This document shows, piece by piece, positions 1 through 11,142 of a stretch of DNA of 64,000 bases. The stretch spans positions 47 through 64,046 of the forward strand of contig CAZRZY010000009.1 in the NCBI GenBank assembly GCA_964604655.1. The letters are read 5' to 3'. The first letter of the stretch is position 1. The number at the start of each line of letters is the position of its first letter. The notes beneath the pieces were generated by a model that did no database searches, had not been told where the DNA came from, and saw nothing but the letters and a program-made list of their open reading frames with translations. This stretch comes from an uncultured Bacteroides sp. (lineage in GTDB: Bacteria > Bacteroidota > Bacteroidia > Bacteroidales > GCA-2748055). The translations under genes were made by a program, and so were the position numbers.

Positions 1-1487
1 TGGTCGATACCGTGGAAGAGTGGAGGGAGAAACTGGTGGAGGCCGTCTGTGTTTCGGACGATGACCTGCTGGAGCGATTCCTGGAGGACCGTGATTCGAT
101 CACCGTGGAGGAATTCATGGCATATACCCGCCGCGCAACCATCAAAATGCAGATCGTGCCGGTGCTTTGCGGTTCTGCGTTCAAGAACAAAGGGATCCAG
201 CGCCTGCTGGACGCTATTTCCGCACTCCTTCCCAGTCCCCCCGACGTCGGGGCTGTGACTGGGATCGATCCAAGGACCGATAAACCGGTGACCAGGGAAC
301 CCAGAGATGATGAGCCGCTCACCGGACTGGTTTTCAAGATCGCCACCGACCCCTTCGTGGGGAGGCTGGCCTATGTTCGGATCTATTCCGGATTGCTGCA
401 GGAGGGAGTGATGGTCCTGAACAATCGTACTGGAAAAAAGGAACGTATTTCCCGGATCTATCAGATGCATGCCAACAAACAGAATCCCAAGAAGGAGATC
501 GGAGCGGGTGATATCTGTGCCGTTGTCGGGCTCAAGGAACTTCGTACGGGTGATACCATCACCGCCGTGAATAAACCGGTGATCCTCGAAGCGATCGAGT
601 TTCCGGAGCCGGTGATCGGTGTGGCCATAGAACCCAAGACCCAGGCCGACATCGATAAACTGGGAATAGCCCTGAATAAACTGGCCGAGGAAGATCCCAC
701 CTTCCAGGTCCGTACCAATGTAGATACCGGTCAGACCCTTATCAACGGGATGGGAGAACTGCACCTGGAGATCCTCCTGGACCGCCTGAAGCGTGAATTC
801 AAGGTGGAATGCAATGTGGGGACCCCTCAGGTCAACTACAAAGAGGCCCTGACCATTGAAGTGCACCACAGAGAGGTATTCAAGAAGCAGACCGGAGGCC
901 GCGGTAAGTTTGCCGACATCGAAATCTATATCGGTCCGGCCGATGCCAACGAAAAGGGTCTGCAGTTCTCTAATGAGATCAGGGGCGGGAACATTCCCCG
1001 CGAATACATTCCGTCGGTGGAGAAAGGATTTATGAGTGCCATGACCAACGGGCCACTGGCCGGATTCACAATCGACAACATGAAGGTTCGTCTGGTGGAC
1101 GGCTCCTTCCACTCGGTCGACTCCGACCAGCTTTCTTTCGAGATTGCAGCCCGCCAGGCCTTCAAGCGTGCATCGGCCAAGGCCAATCCAGTGATGCTGG
1201 AACCGGTCATGTCAGTGGAGGTGGTCACTCCGGAGGAGTATATGGGGGATGTGATCTCCGACCTGAATAAGCGCAGGGGACAGGTGGAAGGAATGGATTC
1301 CAAGGCAGGTGCACGGGTCATTAAGGCCAAAGTGCCCCTGTCAGAACAGTTTGGTTATGTGACTGTTTTGCGTACCCTCAGTTCGGGACGTGCCGTTTCT
1401 ACCATGGAGTTCAGCCATTATGAGCCCATGCCGGATAACCTGGCCAGGGAGGTCCTTGAAAGGGTCACCGGAAAAGCAATGATATAA
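1..1487 (+). CDS. fusA: Elongation factor G, C-terminal ~490 aa (5' end upstream of window)
   Basis: Frame is open to the window edge. Translation matches EF-G domains II-V ([36 protein letters not shown]). Directly precedes rpsJ. Confidence 0.95.
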   Translation, partial: VDTVEEWREKLVEAVCVSDDDLLERFLEDRDSITVEEFMAYTRRATIKMQIVPVLCGSAFKNKGIQRLLDAISALLPSPPDVGAVTGIDPRTDKPVTREPRDDEPLTGLVFKIATDPFVGRLAYVRIYSGLLQEGVMVLNNRTGKKERISRIYQMHANKQNPKKEIGAGDICAVVGLKELRTGDTITAVNKPVILEAIEFPEPVIGVAIEPKTQADIDKLGIALNKLAEEDPTFQVRTNVDTGQTLINGMGELHLEILLDRLKREFKVECNVGTPQVNYKEALTIEVHHREVFKKQTGGRGKFADIEIYIGPADANEKGLQFSNEIRGGNIPREYIPSVEKGFMSAMTNGPLAGFTIDNMKVRLVDGSFHSVDSDQLSFEIAARQAFKRASAKANPVMLEPVMSVEVVTPEEYMGDVISDLNKRRGQVEGMDSKAGARVIKAKVPLSEQFGYVTVLRTLSSGRAVSTMEFSHYEPMPDNLAREVLERVTGKAMI

Positions 1488-1517
1488 ACAATGCAATTAT
1501 CTAATTGAAATAGGACC

Positions 1518-1823
1518 ATGAGTCAGAAGATCAGAATCAAACTGAAATCATACGATCACAACCTGGTGGATAAGTCGGCCGAGAAGATCGTAAAGACGGT
1601 GAAGTCCACCGGTGCAGTGGTAAGCGGACCTGTTCCCCTGCCCACACACAAGCGGGTTTACACGGTGCTGAGGTCTCCCTTTGTGAACAAGAAATCGAGG
1701 GAGCAGTTCCAGTTGAGTTCCTTTAAAAGACTGCTGGATATTTACAGTTCCACACCCAAGACCATTGACGCCCTCATGAAACTGGAACTTCCCAGCGGGG
1801 TAGAAGTTGAAATCAAAGTCTAA
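1518..1823 (+). CDS. rpsJ: 30S ribosomal protein S10
   Basis: 101-aa ORF with typical S10 sequence ([14 protein letters not shown]...). First gene of the S10 cluster, after fusA. Confidence 0.97.
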   Translation: MSQKIRIKLKSYDHNLVDKSAEKIVKTVKSTGAVVSGPVPLPTHKRVYTVLRSPFVNKKSREQFQLSSFKRLLDIYSSTPKTIDALMKLELPSGVEVEIKV

Positions 1824-1843
1824 CAAAGGAAAAGCGAAATACA

Positions 1844-2461
1844 ATGCCAGGATTAATTGGTAAGAAAATCGGAATGACTTCCATTTTCGATAAGGACGGA
1901 AAGAACATACCCTGTACAGTGATCCAGGCCGGACCATGCACCGTTACACAGGTAAAAACGCCTGATAATGACGGATATGCTGCAGTTCAGCTGGCTTTCG
2001 ACGATAAGAAGGAGAAGAACACGCCGAAGGCCGAACAGGGTCACTTCGCCAGAGCCAACGCCACTCCAAAGAAGAAGGTGATTGAACTGAAAGGGTTTGT
2101 GAAAGACTGGAAGCCGGGTGACGTGATCACCGTGGACTATTTTCACGACGATACCTGGCTCGATGTCTCCGGGATATCCAAAGGAAAGGGGTTCCAGGGC
2201 GTGGTCAAACGCCACAATTTTGCCGGAGTGAACGATGCGACTCACGGTCAGCACAACCGCAACCGGGCGCCCGGGTCACTGGGTGCCTCCTCCTATCCCT
2301 CCAGGGTCTTCAAGGGGATGCGGATGGCCGGACAAACCGGGAACAGGAAGGTTAAGATACTGAACCTGAGGGTGATGAAAATCGTTCCCGAGAATAATCT
2401 GCTGATCCTGAAGGGTTCTGTTCCGGGGTCCAATGGTTCATATTTAATTATTGAGAAGTGA
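1844..2461 (+). CDS. rplC: 50S ribosomal protein L3
   Basis: 205-aa ORF, clear L3 homologue ([13 protein letters not shown]). Conserved operon position. Confidence 0.97.
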   Translation: MPGLIGKKIGMTSIFDKDGKNIPCTVIQAGPCTVTQVKTPDNDGYAAVQLAFDDKKEKNTPKAEQGHFARANATPKKKVIELKGFVKDWKPGDVITVDYFHDDTWLDVSGISKGKGFQGVVKRHNFAGVNDATHGQHNRNRAPGSLGASSYPSRVFKGMRMAGQTGNRKVKILNLRVMKIVPENNLLILKGSVPGSNGSYLIIEK

Positions 2462-3090
2462 TGGAACTAGAAGTAATGAAGATATCCGGTGAGGCCACCG
2501 GGAAGAAGGTGAAACTCAGTGACGAGATCTTTGCCATAGAGCCGAATGATCATGCCATCTACCTGGATGTAAAACAGATCATGGCAAACAGGCGTCAGGG
2601 TAGCAGCAAAACAAAAGAGCGGAGTGAGATTAAAGGCAGCACCAAGAAGATCAAACGTCAGAAAGGAACAGGTACTGCCCGATTCGGCGATATCAAGAAC
2701 CCGATCTTCCGGGGTGGGGGACGCACTTTCGGGCCCAGGCCACGTACCTACGGCGGCAAGCTGAACAAAAAGGTGAAGGAGCTGGCCCGGAAGTCTGCCC
2801 TGACCTACAAGGTTCGCAACAAAGAATTGTTCGTGGTGGAGGATTTCCAGATGGACGCTCCCAGGACCAGTGAGTTTGCCACTATCCGTAAAAATCTGAA
2901 GATCGACGACAAAAAGTCGGTTTTCGTCATCAATGAACAAAATAAAAACCTATATTTGTCGTCCCGGAATTTGCGGAACTCTAAGGTTGTAACTCTATCT
3001 GAATTAAATACATACGAAATCATGAACGCTTCTGCTTTATGTTTCGTAGAGAGTTCTCTTGACGTTTTGCAGGGAAAAGCATCATCATAA
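2458..3090 (+). CDS. rplD: 50S ribosomal protein L4
   Basis: 210-aa ORF with an L4-like sequence ([15 protein letters not shown]). Overlaps the rplC stop. The start could be the second ATG at 2461. Confidence 0.93.
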   Translation: MMELEVMKISGEATGKKVKLSDEIFAIEPNDHAIYLDVKQIMANRRQGSSKTKERSEIKGSTKKIKRQKGTGTARFGDIKNPIFRGGGRTFGPRPRTYGGKLNKKVKELARKSALTYKVRNKELFVVEDFQMDAPRTSEFATIRKNLKIDDKKSVFVINEQNKNLYLSSRNLRNSKVVTLSELNTYEIMNASALCFVESSLDVLQGKASS

Positions 3091-3121
3091 ACAGCTGAAT
3101 TTGTAAACAGCCCATAAGGTC

Positions 3122-3412
3122 ATGAATATATTGATTAAGCCCATCGTTACCGAGAAGATGACCACCCAGGGGGAGGACTTCAACAGGTATGGATTTGTGG
3201 TCGAAAAGAGCGCCAACAAGTTGCAGATTAAGAAGGCTGTCGAAGAGCTTTATAATGTAAAGGTCTCCGAGGTCAATACCATGCGCTACGCGGGGAAGCG
3301 GAAACAGCGCTACACCCGTTCCGGTATATCCTTGGGCAGGACTGCCTCCTACAAGAAGGCAGTGGTCACTCTCGCGGAAGGGGAAGTAATTGATTTTTAC
3401 AGCAACATCTAA
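3122..3412 (+). CDS. rplW: 50S ribosomal protein L23
   Basis: 96-aa ORF with an L23-like sequence, located between rplD and rplB. Confidence 0.95.
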   Translation: MNILIKPIVTEKMTTQGEDFNRYGFVVEKSANKLQIKKAVEELYNVKVSEVNTMRYAGKRKQRYTRSGISLGRTASYKKAVVTLAEGEVIDFYSNI

Positions 3413-3418
3413 GGAATT

Positions 3419-4252
<834 letters not shown>

Positions 4253-4258
4253 TATAGA

Positions 4259-4525
4259 ATGAGCCGTTCACTGAAAAAAGGACCCTTTATCGATTTTAAG
4301 CTGGAGAAGCGTATCGTTGATATGAACGATTCCGGAAAAAAATCGGTGATCAAGACCTGGTCCAGGAGATCCATGATCTCCCCCGACTTCGTGGGACATA
4401 CCATCGCGGTGCACAACGGGAACAAGTTCATCCCCGTCTACATCACCGAGAACATGGTAGGTCATAAGCTGGGTGAATTCGCGCCGACCCGGATGTTCAG
4501 GGGTCACGGTGGAAAGCAGAGATAA
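4259..4525 (+). CDS. rpsS: 30S ribosomal protein S19
   Basis: 88-aa ORF with S19 sequence (SRSLKKGPF...GHTIAVHNG). Confidence 0.97.
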   Translation: MSRSLKKGPFIDFKLEKRIVDMNDSGKKSVIKTWSRRSMISPDFVGHTIAVHNGNKFIPVYITENMVGHKLGEFAPTRMFRGHGGKQR

Positions 4526-4561
4526 TCTCAAAAGCTGATAAGAGTAAAAGCTGACAAAGAA

Positions 4562-5002
4562 ATGGGTGCAAGAAAAAGACATAGCGCAGAAAAAAGGAAA
4601 GAGGAGAGGCAGAACCGGTACTATGCCGTGTTGCGCAACTCCCCCACCTCCCCTCGGAAAATGCGGCTGGTGACCGGTATGATCCAGGGAATGGACGTGA
4701 ACAAGGCACTGGATGTGCTGAAGCATAGCTCCAAGGAGGCTTCCGCCCGCGTCGAAAAACTGTTGCTCTCCGCCATCGCCAACTGGCAGGCTAAGAACGA
4801 AGGGGCCCGCATCGAGGAGAGTAACCTCTATGTGAAGGAGGCTTTTGTGGATCAGTCCAGGACACTGAAGCGGATCCAGCCAGCTCCGCAGGGAAGGGCC
4901 CACCGGATCAGGAAGCGCTCCAACCATGTGACCATCGTCATCGACAGTCGTCAGAAAGTGGAGCAAAAGGAAGTATTACAGGAACAAGAAAATGAAGCAT
5001 AG
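4562..5002 (+). CDS. rplV: 50S ribosomal protein L22
   Basis: 146-aa ORF with an L22 core and basic N- and acidic C-terminal extensions. Conserved operon position. Confidence 0.93.
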   Translation: MGARKRHSAEKRKEERQNRYYAVLRNSPTSPRKMRLVTGMIQGMDVNKALDVLKHSSKEASARVEKLLLSAIANWQAKNEGARIEESNLYVKEAFVDQSRTLKRIQPAPQGRAHRIRKRSNHVTIVIDSRQKVEQKEVLQEQENEA

Positions 5003-5005
5003 ATA

Positions 5006-5716
5006 ATGGGACAGAAAGTTAATCCGATAGGAAATCGCCTGGGAATCATAAAAGGATGGGACTCCAACTGGTACGGTGGGAAGGACTATTCCGCTAAACT
5101 GGTCGAAGATAGCAAGATCAGAGAGTACCTGAATGCCCGTCTGGCCAAAGCCAGTATTTCCAAGATCATTATCGAGCGCACCCTGAAGCTGATTACCGTT
5201 ACGGTGAACACCGCGCGCCCCGGGATCATCATCGGTAAAGGCGGACAGGAAGTGGACAAGTTGAAGGAGGAGTTGAAGAATATCACCAAGAAGGAAGTAC
5301 AGATCAACATCTTCGAGGTAAAGCGTCCCGAACTGGACGCCACCATCGTTGCCAATAATATTGCCCGTCAGGTGGAGGGGAAGATCTCGTACCGGAGGGC
5401 CATCAAGATGGGTATCGCCTCCACTATGCGGATGGGTGCTGAAGGGATCAAGGTGCTGATAAGCGGACGTCTGGGCGGAGCCGAAATGGCCAGGACCGAG
5501 ACCTATAAGGACGGAAGGATCCCACTACATACCCTGCGAGCCGATATCGATTACGCACTGGCCGAGGCCCATACCAAAGTGGGAGTGATCGGTGTCAAGG
5601 TGTGGATCTGCAACGGGGAGATCTTTGGCAAACGCGACCTTTCACCCAACATCGGAGCCTCCAATGTGAAGCCCAAGGGTGGCAGGGGACCCAGGAAAAC
5701 GAGGGGAGACCGGTAG
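5006..5716 (+). CDS. rpsC: 30S ribosomal protein S3
   Basis: 236-aa ORF with S3 sequence ([16 protein letters not shown] domain). Confidence 0.98.
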   Translation: MGQKVNPIGNRLGIIKGWDSNWYGGKDYSAKLVEDSKIREYLNARLAKASISKIIIERTLKLITVTVNTARPGIIIGKGGQEVDKLKEELKNITKKEVQINIFEVKRPELDATIVANNIARQVEGKISYRRAIKMGIASTMRMGAEGIKVLISGRLGGAEMARTETYKDGRIPLHTLRADIDYALAEAHTKVGVIGVKVWICNGEIFGKRDLSPNIGASNVKPKGGRGPRKTRGDR

Positions 5717-5761
5717 GCCGGACAATAATTAAAGGAGCAATAATACGATAAATAGAATACG

Positions 5762-6181
5762 ATGCTACAACCGAAGAGGACCAAATACCGGAGAATGCAG
5801 AAGGGGAGGATGAAAGGGAATTCCCAGCGGGGGACCGAGCTTGCATTCGGATCATTTGGGATCAAGGCGCTGGAGAGCCAATGGATCACCGGCCGCCAGA
5901 TAGAGGCAGCCCGTCAGGCGATCACCCGTCACATGAAAAGGGAGGGACAGCTCTGGATCCGGATATTCCCGGCCAAGCCGATTACCAAGAAGCCTGCAGA
6001 GGTACGTATGGGTAAAGGGAAAGGAGCCCCGGAAGGGTTCGTTTATCCCATCACTCCCGGGCGGATCATTTTCGAGATCGAGGGAGTACCCTTTGATGTG
6101 GCCAGGGAGGCACTCAGGCTTGGAGCCCAGAAGTTTCCCGTCACCACGAAGTTTGTGGTCAGGCGCGATTATGTGGAGTAG
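5762..6181 (+). CDS. rplP: 50S ribosomal protein L16
   Basis: 139-aa ORF with L16 sequence ([15 protein letters not shown]). Confidence 0.98.
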   Translation: MLQPKRTKYRRMQKGRMKGNSQRGTELAFGSFGIKALESQWITGRQIEAARQAITRHMKREGQLWIRIFPAKPITKKPAEVRMGKGKGAPEGFVYPITPGRIIFEIEGVPFDVAREALRLGAQKFPVTTKFVVRRDYVE

Positions 6182-6275
6182 TCCGTAAAGTCCATAAAGT
6201 TGATAAAGTGGTAAAGTGGTAAAGTCGTAAAGTGGTAAAGCCGTAAAGTGGTAAAGTCTATAAAGTCGTAAAGTC
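6182..6275 (+). repeat. Array of 11 head-to-tail 8-9 nt units with TAAAG core (T[CG]NGTAAAG / ATAAAG), starting at the nucleotide after the rplP stop
   Basis: Read directly: tccgtaaag tccataaag ttgataaag tggtaaag tggtaaag tcgtaaag tggtaaag ccgtaaag tggtaaag tctataaag tcgtaaag tc. Confidence 0.95.
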
Positions 6276-6301
6276 AAAAAGGTTGTAAAAAATAGAGACT
6301 C

Positions 6302-6511
6302 ATGAAGAGTTCGGAGATCAGAGAATTAACAGATAAGGAGCTGGAGGAGCGCCTGGAAAGCGAGGAGAGCATGCTGGTTCGCATGCGTATGAACCATGCA
6401 GTTTCCCCTCTCGATAATCCCAATAAGATTGGGGAAACCCGCAGGAACATTGCCCGCCTGAAGACCGAGGTGCGGGTACGCCAGATGCAGGAAAAGTCCG
6501 AAAAGCAATAA
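6302..6511 (+). CDS. rpmC: 50S ribosomal protein L29
   Basis: 69-aa ORF with an L29-like sequence ([14 protein letters not shown]). Conserved operon position. Confidence 0.95.
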   Translation: MKSSEIRELTDKELEERLESEESMLVRMRMNHAVSPLDNPNKIGETRRNIARLKTEVRVRQMQEKSEKQ

Positions 6512-6518
6512 AAGTAAA

Positions 6519-6779
6519 ATGGAAACAGGAAGAAATACACGACGCGAACGGGTAGGTGTGGTGGTCAGCAACCAGATGGAAAAATCCATTACGATCGCGG
6601 TTAAGCGGAAGATCAAGCACCCCATCTACGGAAAATTCGTGAACAAGACCTCCAAGTTAATGGCCCATGACGAGGAGAACAGCTGCAATGTGGGAGATAC
6701 GGTGAGGATCAGCGAGACCAGGCCACTGAGCAAGAACAAGAGGTGGAGACTAGTGGAAATCATTGAAAGAGCCAAGTAA
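6519..6779 (+). CDS. rpsQ: 30S ribosomal protein S17
   Basis: 86-aa ORF with an S17-like sequence (HPIYGKF...YMAHDE-type motif). Confidence 0.96.
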   Translation: METGRNTRRERVGVVVSNQMEKSITIAVKRKIKHPIYGKFVNKTSKLMAHDEENSCNVGDTVRISETRPLSKNKRWRLVEIIERAK

Positions 6780-6781
6780 TC

Positions 6782-7147
6782 ATGATACAGCAAGAGAGTA
6801 GATTATCCGTAGCCGATAACAGCGGTGCCCGCGAGGTGCTCTGCATCCGTGTGCTCGGTGGCACGCGCAAGCGGTATGCTTCCATCGGTGATAAGGTGGT
6901 GGTCACGGTTAAAAGTGCCATCCCTTCCGGGGAGATCAAGAAGGGTTCGGTCTCCAAGGCGGTGATCGTGCGGACAAAAAAGGAGATACGAAGGGGAGAT
7001 GGTTCTTACATCCGTTTTGATGACAATGCGGTGGTGCTCCTGAACAATGTGGACGAGATGCGCGGAACCCGGATATTCGGTCCGGTGGCCCGTGAACTTC
7101 GGGATAAATACATGAAGATCGTGTCGCTGGCTCCGGAAGTGCTCTGA
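6782..7147 (+). CDS. rplN: 50S ribosomal protein L14
   Basis: 121-aa ORF starting [17 protein letters not shown], which is canonical L14. Confidence 0.98.
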   Translation: MIQQESRLSVADNSGAREVLCIRVLGGTRKRYASIGDKVVVTVKSAIPSGEIKKGSVSKAVIVRTKKEIRRGDGSYIRFDDNAVVLLNNVDEMRGTRIFGPVARELRDKYMKIVSLAPEVL

Positions 7148-7185
7148 ATCCCTAAACGCTCAGAATTGAAAAAGGAATAAGACCG

Positions 7186-7509
7186 ATGCAGAAGAAATTA
7201 CATATTAAGAAAGGCGACCAGGTGATCGTCAACGCCGGTGAGTACAAGGGACAGAAAGGAAGGGTCCTGGATGTAGACCGTGAAAAGAAACGCGCCATCG
7301 TCGAAGGAGTGAACATGGTTTCGAAGCACACCAAGCCCAACGCCCAGAATCCCCAGGGCGGGATCACCAAACAGGAGGCCCCCGTACACATTTCCAATCT
7401 TAACCTGGTGGATCCCTCCTCAGGGGAGGCTACCCGCGCGGGACGCAGGCTGAATGACAAGAACAAACTCGTGAGATACGCGAAAAAATCAGGGGAGGAG
7501 ATCAAGTAA
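7186..7509 (+). CDS. rplX: 50S ribosomal protein L24
   Basis: 107-aa ORF with a KOW motif ([21 protein letters not shown]). Confidence 0.96.
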   Translation: MQKKLHIKKGDQVIVNAGEYKGQKGRVLDVDREKKRAIVEGVNMVSKHTKPNAQNPQGGITKQEAPVHISNLNLVDPSSGEATRAGRRLNDKNKLVRYAKKSGEEIK

Positions 7510-7510
7510 G

Positions 7511-8071
7511 ATGGAAAAGAAATACACACCAGCACTACAGAAGAAATATAGTGAGGAGATCGTCCCTGCACTCATCAAGCAGTTCGGATACACCTCGGCA
7601 ATGCAGGCACCCCGGCTCCAGAAGATCGTGCTTAACCAGGGAGTGGGTCAGGCCATTGCCGATAAGAAGCTGATCGAGGTGGCACAGGAAGAGCTTTCAC
7701 TGATTGCCGGACAGAAAGCAGTACAGACCATTTCCAATAAGGACATCTCCAACTTTAAACTGCGCCGGGGCATGCCCATCGGGGTAAAGGTCACTCTGCG
7801 CAGGGACCGTATGTATGAATTCCTCGAGCGCCTGATCGTGGTGGCACTTCCCAGGATCCGGGACTTTAAAGGGGTTTCATCCAAGTTTGACGGACGAGGC
7901 AACTATACCCTGGGGATCACCGAGCAGATCATTTTCCCGGAGATCGATATCGATAAGATCACCAAGATCATGGGATTGGAGATCACTTTTGTGACCTCTG
8001 CCAGGACCGATGAGGAGGGCACCGCCCTTATGAAGGCATTTGGGATACCGTACAAAACAGAAAAAAAATAG
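7511..8071 (+). CDS. rplE: 50S ribosomal protein L5
   Basis: 186-aa ORF with an L5-like sequence. Conserved operon position. Confidence 0.97.
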   Translation: MEKKYTPALQKKYSEEIVPALIKQFGYTSAMQAPRLQKIVLNQGVGQAIADKKLIEVAQEELSLIAGQKAVQTISNKDISNFKLRRGMPIGVKVTLRRDRMYEFLERLIVVALPRIRDFKGVSSKFDGRGNYTLGITEQIIFPEIDIDKITKIMGLEITFVTSARTDEEGTALMKAFGIPYKTEKK

Positions 8072-8075
8072 AAAT

Positions 8076-8345
8076 ATGGCCAAGGAATCAATGAAGGCGC
8101 GGGAAGTGAAGCGCCAGAAACTGGTAGAAAAGTACGCCGAGAAAAGAGCCAGGCTGAAGGCCGAGGGCGATTATGTGGGACTGAGCCGTCTTCCGCGTAA
8201 CTCCAATCCCATCCGGCTTCACAACCGGTGTAAGCTGACCGGCAGGCCCAAAGGGTATATGCGCCAGTTCGGGATCAGCAGGATCACCTTCCGGGAGATG
8301 GCTTCCGAAGGATTGATACCGGGTATCAGGAAAGCCAGCTGGTAG
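8076..8345 (+). CDS. rpsN: 30S ribosomal protein S14 (89 aa)
   Basis: The track ORF starts at 8040 and overlaps rplE. The internal ATG at 8076 gives [13 protein letters not shown]..., a typical S14 N-terminus, 4 nt after the rplE stop. Confidence 0.93.
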   Translation: MAKESMKAREVKRQKLVEKYAEKRARLKAEGDYVGLSRLPRNSNPIRLHNRCKLTGRPKGYMRQFGISRITFREMASEGLIPGIRKASW

Positions 8346-8354
8346 GGCGCATCA

Positions 8355-8452
8355 GTCAAGAGCTAAAAGTCAAGAGCTAAAAGTCAAGAGCTAAAAGTCA
8401 AAAGCTAAAAGTCAAAAGCTAAAAGTCAAGAGCTAAAAGGCAAGAGTCAAAA
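8355..8452 (+). repeat. About 7 copies of a 14-nt tandem repeat (gtcaa[g/a]agctaaaa) between rpsN and rpsH
   Basis: Read directly. Starts 9 nt after the rpsN stop. The last copy is degenerate. Confidence 0.95.
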
Positions 8453-8477
8453 GAAAGAAAGTTAATAATAAGAGAAA

Positions 8478-8873
8478 ATGACAGATCCGATTGCAGATTA
8501 TCTTACCCGCCTTAGAAACGCGGTAATGGCCAAACATAAGGTAGTGGAGATTCCCGCCTCCAATATGAAAAAGGACATTACCCGGATACTGTTCGACAAG
8601 GGCTATATCCTCAACTATAAATTTGATGAGGAAGGTCACCAGGGTCATATAAAAATCGCATTGAAATACAATCCTGAGACCAAGATGCCGGCTATCAAAT
8701 CATTACAGCGCATCAGCAAACCGGGGTTGAGAAAGTATGTGGATAAAGATTCACTGCCCAGGGTGCTTAACGGATTGGGTGTGGCCATCCTTTCCACCTC
8801 CCAGGGAGTGATGACAGACAAGGAAGCACGCAGCCTGGGTATCGGCGGAGAGGTACTTTGTTACGTCTACTGA
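8478..8873 (+). CDS. rpsH: 30S ribosomal protein S8
   Basis: 131-aa ORF starting [15 protein letters not shown], which is canonical S8. Confidence 0.98.
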   Translation: MTDPIADYLTRLRNAVMAKHKVVEIPASNMKKDITRILFDKGYILNYKFDEEGHQGHIKIALKYNPETKMPAIKSLQRISKPGLRKYVDKDSLPRVLNGLGVAILSTSQGVMTDKEARSLGIGGEVLCYVY

Positions 8874-8895
8874 AAAAAAAATTGGAGGACAAAGC

Positions 8896-9453
8896 ATGTC
8901 AAGAATAGGAATTTTACCCATCAGTGTCCCTTCCGGAGTGACCGTCGAGGTGGATAAGGATAACAGGGTGACTGTTAAAGGTCCCAAGGGGGAACTTACC
9001 CAGAAGGTGGATCCGGCCATCGAGGTAAAAATGGAGGAGGGTCAGGTACAAGTATCCCGCTCCAGTGAGACGAAAGAGCAAAAGTCAAAGCACGGACTCT
9101 ACCGGTCGCTGCTGAATAACATGGTAACCGGAGTATCCGAAGGTTATACCATCCAGCAGGAGCTGGTAGGTGTAGGATACCGGGCCGAAGTGAAGAACGG
9201 CAACAGGCTGGAGCTGAGTTTGGGCTTCTCCCACGACATCATTATCGAGATGCCGCCGGAGGTGAAGGTGGAGGCCAAGACCGAAAGGCGTTCCAATCCC
9301 ATTGTGACCCTCACCAGTGCTGATAAGCAGCTGATCGGTCATGTGGCTGCAAAAATCCGTTCACTCCGTCCGCCGGAGCCCTACAAAGGAAAAGGCATTA
9401 AGTTCGTGGGTGAACAGCTCAGACGGAAAGCGGGTAAGGCAGCAAGCGTGTAA
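8896..9453 (+). CDS. rplF: 50S ribosomal protein L6
   Basis: 185-aa ORF starting MSRIG..P, an L6-like sequence. Confidence 0.97.
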   Translation: MSRIGILPISVPSGVTVEVDKDNRVTVKGPKGELTQKVDPAIEVKMEEGQVQVSRSSETKEQKSKHGLYRSLLNNMVTGVSEGYTIQQELVGVGYRAEVKNGNRLELSLGFSHDIIIEMPPEVKVEAKTERRSNPIVTLTSADKQLIGHVAAKIRSLRPPEPYKGKGIKFVGEQLRRKAGKAASV

Positions 9454-9470
9454 GGCAGCAAGCGTGTAAG
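9435..9470 (+). repeat. 16-bp tandem duplication (taaggcagcaagcgtg x2 plus a 4-nt partial copy) spanning the rplF stop codon
   Basis: Read directly. The in-frame TAA (9451-9453) is the first triplet of copy 2. Confidence 0.95.
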
Positions 9471-9532
9471 TCCATAAAGTGGAAAGTCCCTGAATGCATA
9501 AAGACTTTACATACTTTACATACTTTACAGAC
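9467..9532. repeat. TAAAG-core units in sense orientation (9467-9489) followed by three inverted units (gactttac atactttac atactttac, 9503-9528)
   Basis: Read directly. The two halves can pair as an imperfect hairpin in the rplF-rplR spacer. Confidence 0.85.
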
Positions 9533-9574
9533 TAACGAAGGATAACATAGGAATAGAATAAACATCGAAGAAAG

Positions 9575-9931
9575 ATGGCACTTACTAAAGAGTCAAGACG
9601 CCAAAGAATAAAATACCGCATCCGGAAGAGATTATCCGGTAGCGGGGAGCGTCCTCGGATGACCGTGTACAGGTCCAACAAGCAGATTTATGTGCAACTG
9701 GTCGACGATGTGTCCGGTGAGACCCTGGTTTCGGCCTCCTCCAAGGAGAAGGAGATTGAGGGTCATAAGGGAAACAAGATCGAACAGGCCAAACAGGTTG
9801 GCAAACGCATCGCTGAGAAGGCCAAAGAGAAAGGAATTTCCAATGTGGTGTTCGACCGCAACGGATATTTATACCATGGCAGGGTGAAAAACCTGGCCGA
9901 CGCAGCCCGGGAAGGCGGATTAAAATTTTAG
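9575..9931 (+). CDS. rplR: 50S ribosomal protein L18
   Basis: 118-aa ORF with an L18-like sequence ([20 protein letters not shown]). Confidence 0.97.
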   Translation: MALTKESRRQRIKYRIRKRLSGSGERPRMTVYRSNKQIYVQLVDDVSGETLVSASSKEKEIEGHKGNKIEQAKQVGKRIAEKAKEKGISNVVFDRNGYLYHGRVKNLADAAREGGLKF

Positions 9932-9940
9932 AGAAACATT

Positions 9941-10459
9941 ATGTCAACAACAGGGATCAGAAAAGTCAAGACGAGCGACCTGGAATTGAAGGACCGCCTG
10001 GTAAGCATCCAGCGCGTGACCAAGGTGACCAAGGGTGGCCGGACCTTTAGTTTTTCCGCCATCGTGGTGGTGGGGAATGAAGAAGGTATTGTCGGTCATG
10101 GTCTTGGAAAAGCCAATGAAGTGACCACCGCCATTGCCAAGGGTGTAGAGGATGCCAAAAAGAACCTGATCAAGGTTCCCATCATCAATGGCACTATTCC
10201 TCATGAGCAATACGGAAAGTACGGCGGGGCCAAGGTCTTCCTTAAGCCCGCTTCCAGTGGTACCGGTGTGAAAGCCGGAGGTGCCATGCGTGCAGTGCTG
10301 GAGAGTGTGGGCGTTACCGATGTGCTGGCCAAGTCCAAGGGTTCGTCCAACCCCCATAACCTGGTGAAAGCGACATTCGAGGCACTGCTCGAGCTTCGGG
10401 ATGCCAAAGCGGTGGCCCAGCAGCGTTTGGTGTCAGTGGACAAAGTGTTTAACGGTTAA
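9941..10459 (+). CDS. rpsE: 30S ribosomal protein S5
   Basis: 172-aa ORF with an S5-like sequence ([21 protein letters not shown]). Confidence 0.98.
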   Translation: MSTTGIRKVKTSDLELKDRLVSIQRVTKVTKGGRTFSFSAIVVVGNEEGIVGHGLGKANEVTTAIAKGVEDAKKNLIKVPIINGTIPHEQYGKYGGAKVFLKPASSGTGVKAGGAMRAVLESVGVTDVLAKSKGSSNPHNLVKATFEALLELRDAKAVAQQRLVSVDKVFNG

Positions 10460-10470
10460 AGCGCACAACG

Positions 10471-10653
10471 ATGGGTAAGATCAAAGTGACTCAGGTGAGA
10501 AGTGCCATCAAGCACACAGCAAGGCAGAAACGTACTCTCGAGGCGCTGGGCCTCAGGAAATTGCACCAGACCATCGAGGTGGAAGCCACCCCGCAGATAA
10601 GAGGAATGGTGGAACACGTTTCTCACCTGGTAAAAGTGGAAGAGACTAAATAG
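10471..10653 (+). CDS. rpmD: 50S ribosomal protein L30
   Basis: 60-aa ORF with an L30-like sequence (KVTQVRSAIKHTARQKRTLEALGL). Confidence 0.96.
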   Translation: MGKIKVTQVRSAIKHTARQKRTLEALGLRKLHQTIEVEATPQIRGMVEHVSHLVKVEETK

Positions 10654-10677
10654 TCATAAAGTCGTAAAGTCATAAAG
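10654..10677 (+). repeat. Three 8-nt TAAAG-core units (tcataaag tcgtaaag tcataaag) filling the whole rpmD-rplO spacer
   Basis: Read directly. Abuts the rpmD stop and ends 2 nt before the rplO ATG. Confidence 0.9.
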
Positions 10678-10679
10678 AT

Positions 10680-11126
10680 ATGGATTTAAGCAAGCTTAAG
10701 CCGGCCAAAGGATCCACACAGAGCAGGAAAAGGATCGGTCGCGGAGAGGGTTCCGGATACGGAGGTACCTCCACCCGCGGACACAAGGGACAAAAATCCC
10801 GTTCCGGTTACTCCCGCAAGACAGGATTTGAAGGAGGGCAGATGCCGCTTCAGCGCAGGGTACCCAAATTCGGTTTCAAGAATATCAACCGCAAGGAGTA
10901 CAAGGGCATCAATATCAGCACACTTCAGTATCTGGCTGAGAAGAAGAACCTGAAGGAGATTACAGTCGATACGCTGATCGAATCCGGACTGGTTCAGAAG
11001 GATACCCTGGTGAAGATTCTGGGCAACGGCGAATTGAAGGCCAAACTGACCGTGAAAGCACACGCCTTCTCGAAGTCGGCAGCCCAAGCCATCGAGGCCA
11101 AAGAAGGAACTGCGGAGATAATCTGA
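10680..11126 (+). CDS. rplO: 50S ribosomal protein L15
   Basis: 148-aa ORF with an L15-like sequence (GRGEGSGYGGTSTRGHKGQKSRSG). Confidence 0.97.
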   Translation: MDLSKLKPAKGSTQSRKRIGRGEGSGYGGTSTRGHKGQKSRSGYSRKTGFEGGQMPLQRRVPKFGFKNINRKEYKGINISTLQYLAEKKNLKEITVDTLIESGLVQKDTLVKILGNGELKAKLTVKAHAFSKSAAQAIEAKEGTAEII

Positions 11127-11142
11127 TTGAACAGGCTGACCT

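Noticed and set aside
8040-8075. N-terminally extended ORF starts in the track (also 15193, 18740, 31849, 37639, 38947, 41081, 42738, 58969, 61786)
   Set aside because: In each case the extension overlaps the upstream gene or a terminator and adds non-homologous residues. An internal start gives the canonical N-terminus of the family, so the shorter models were used.
8355-8452. Possible CRISPR array (regularly spaced repeats)
   Set aside because: The 14-nt units are directly contiguous with no spacers. The unit is far shorter than CRISPR repeats, there are no cas genes, and it lies inside the r-protein operon.
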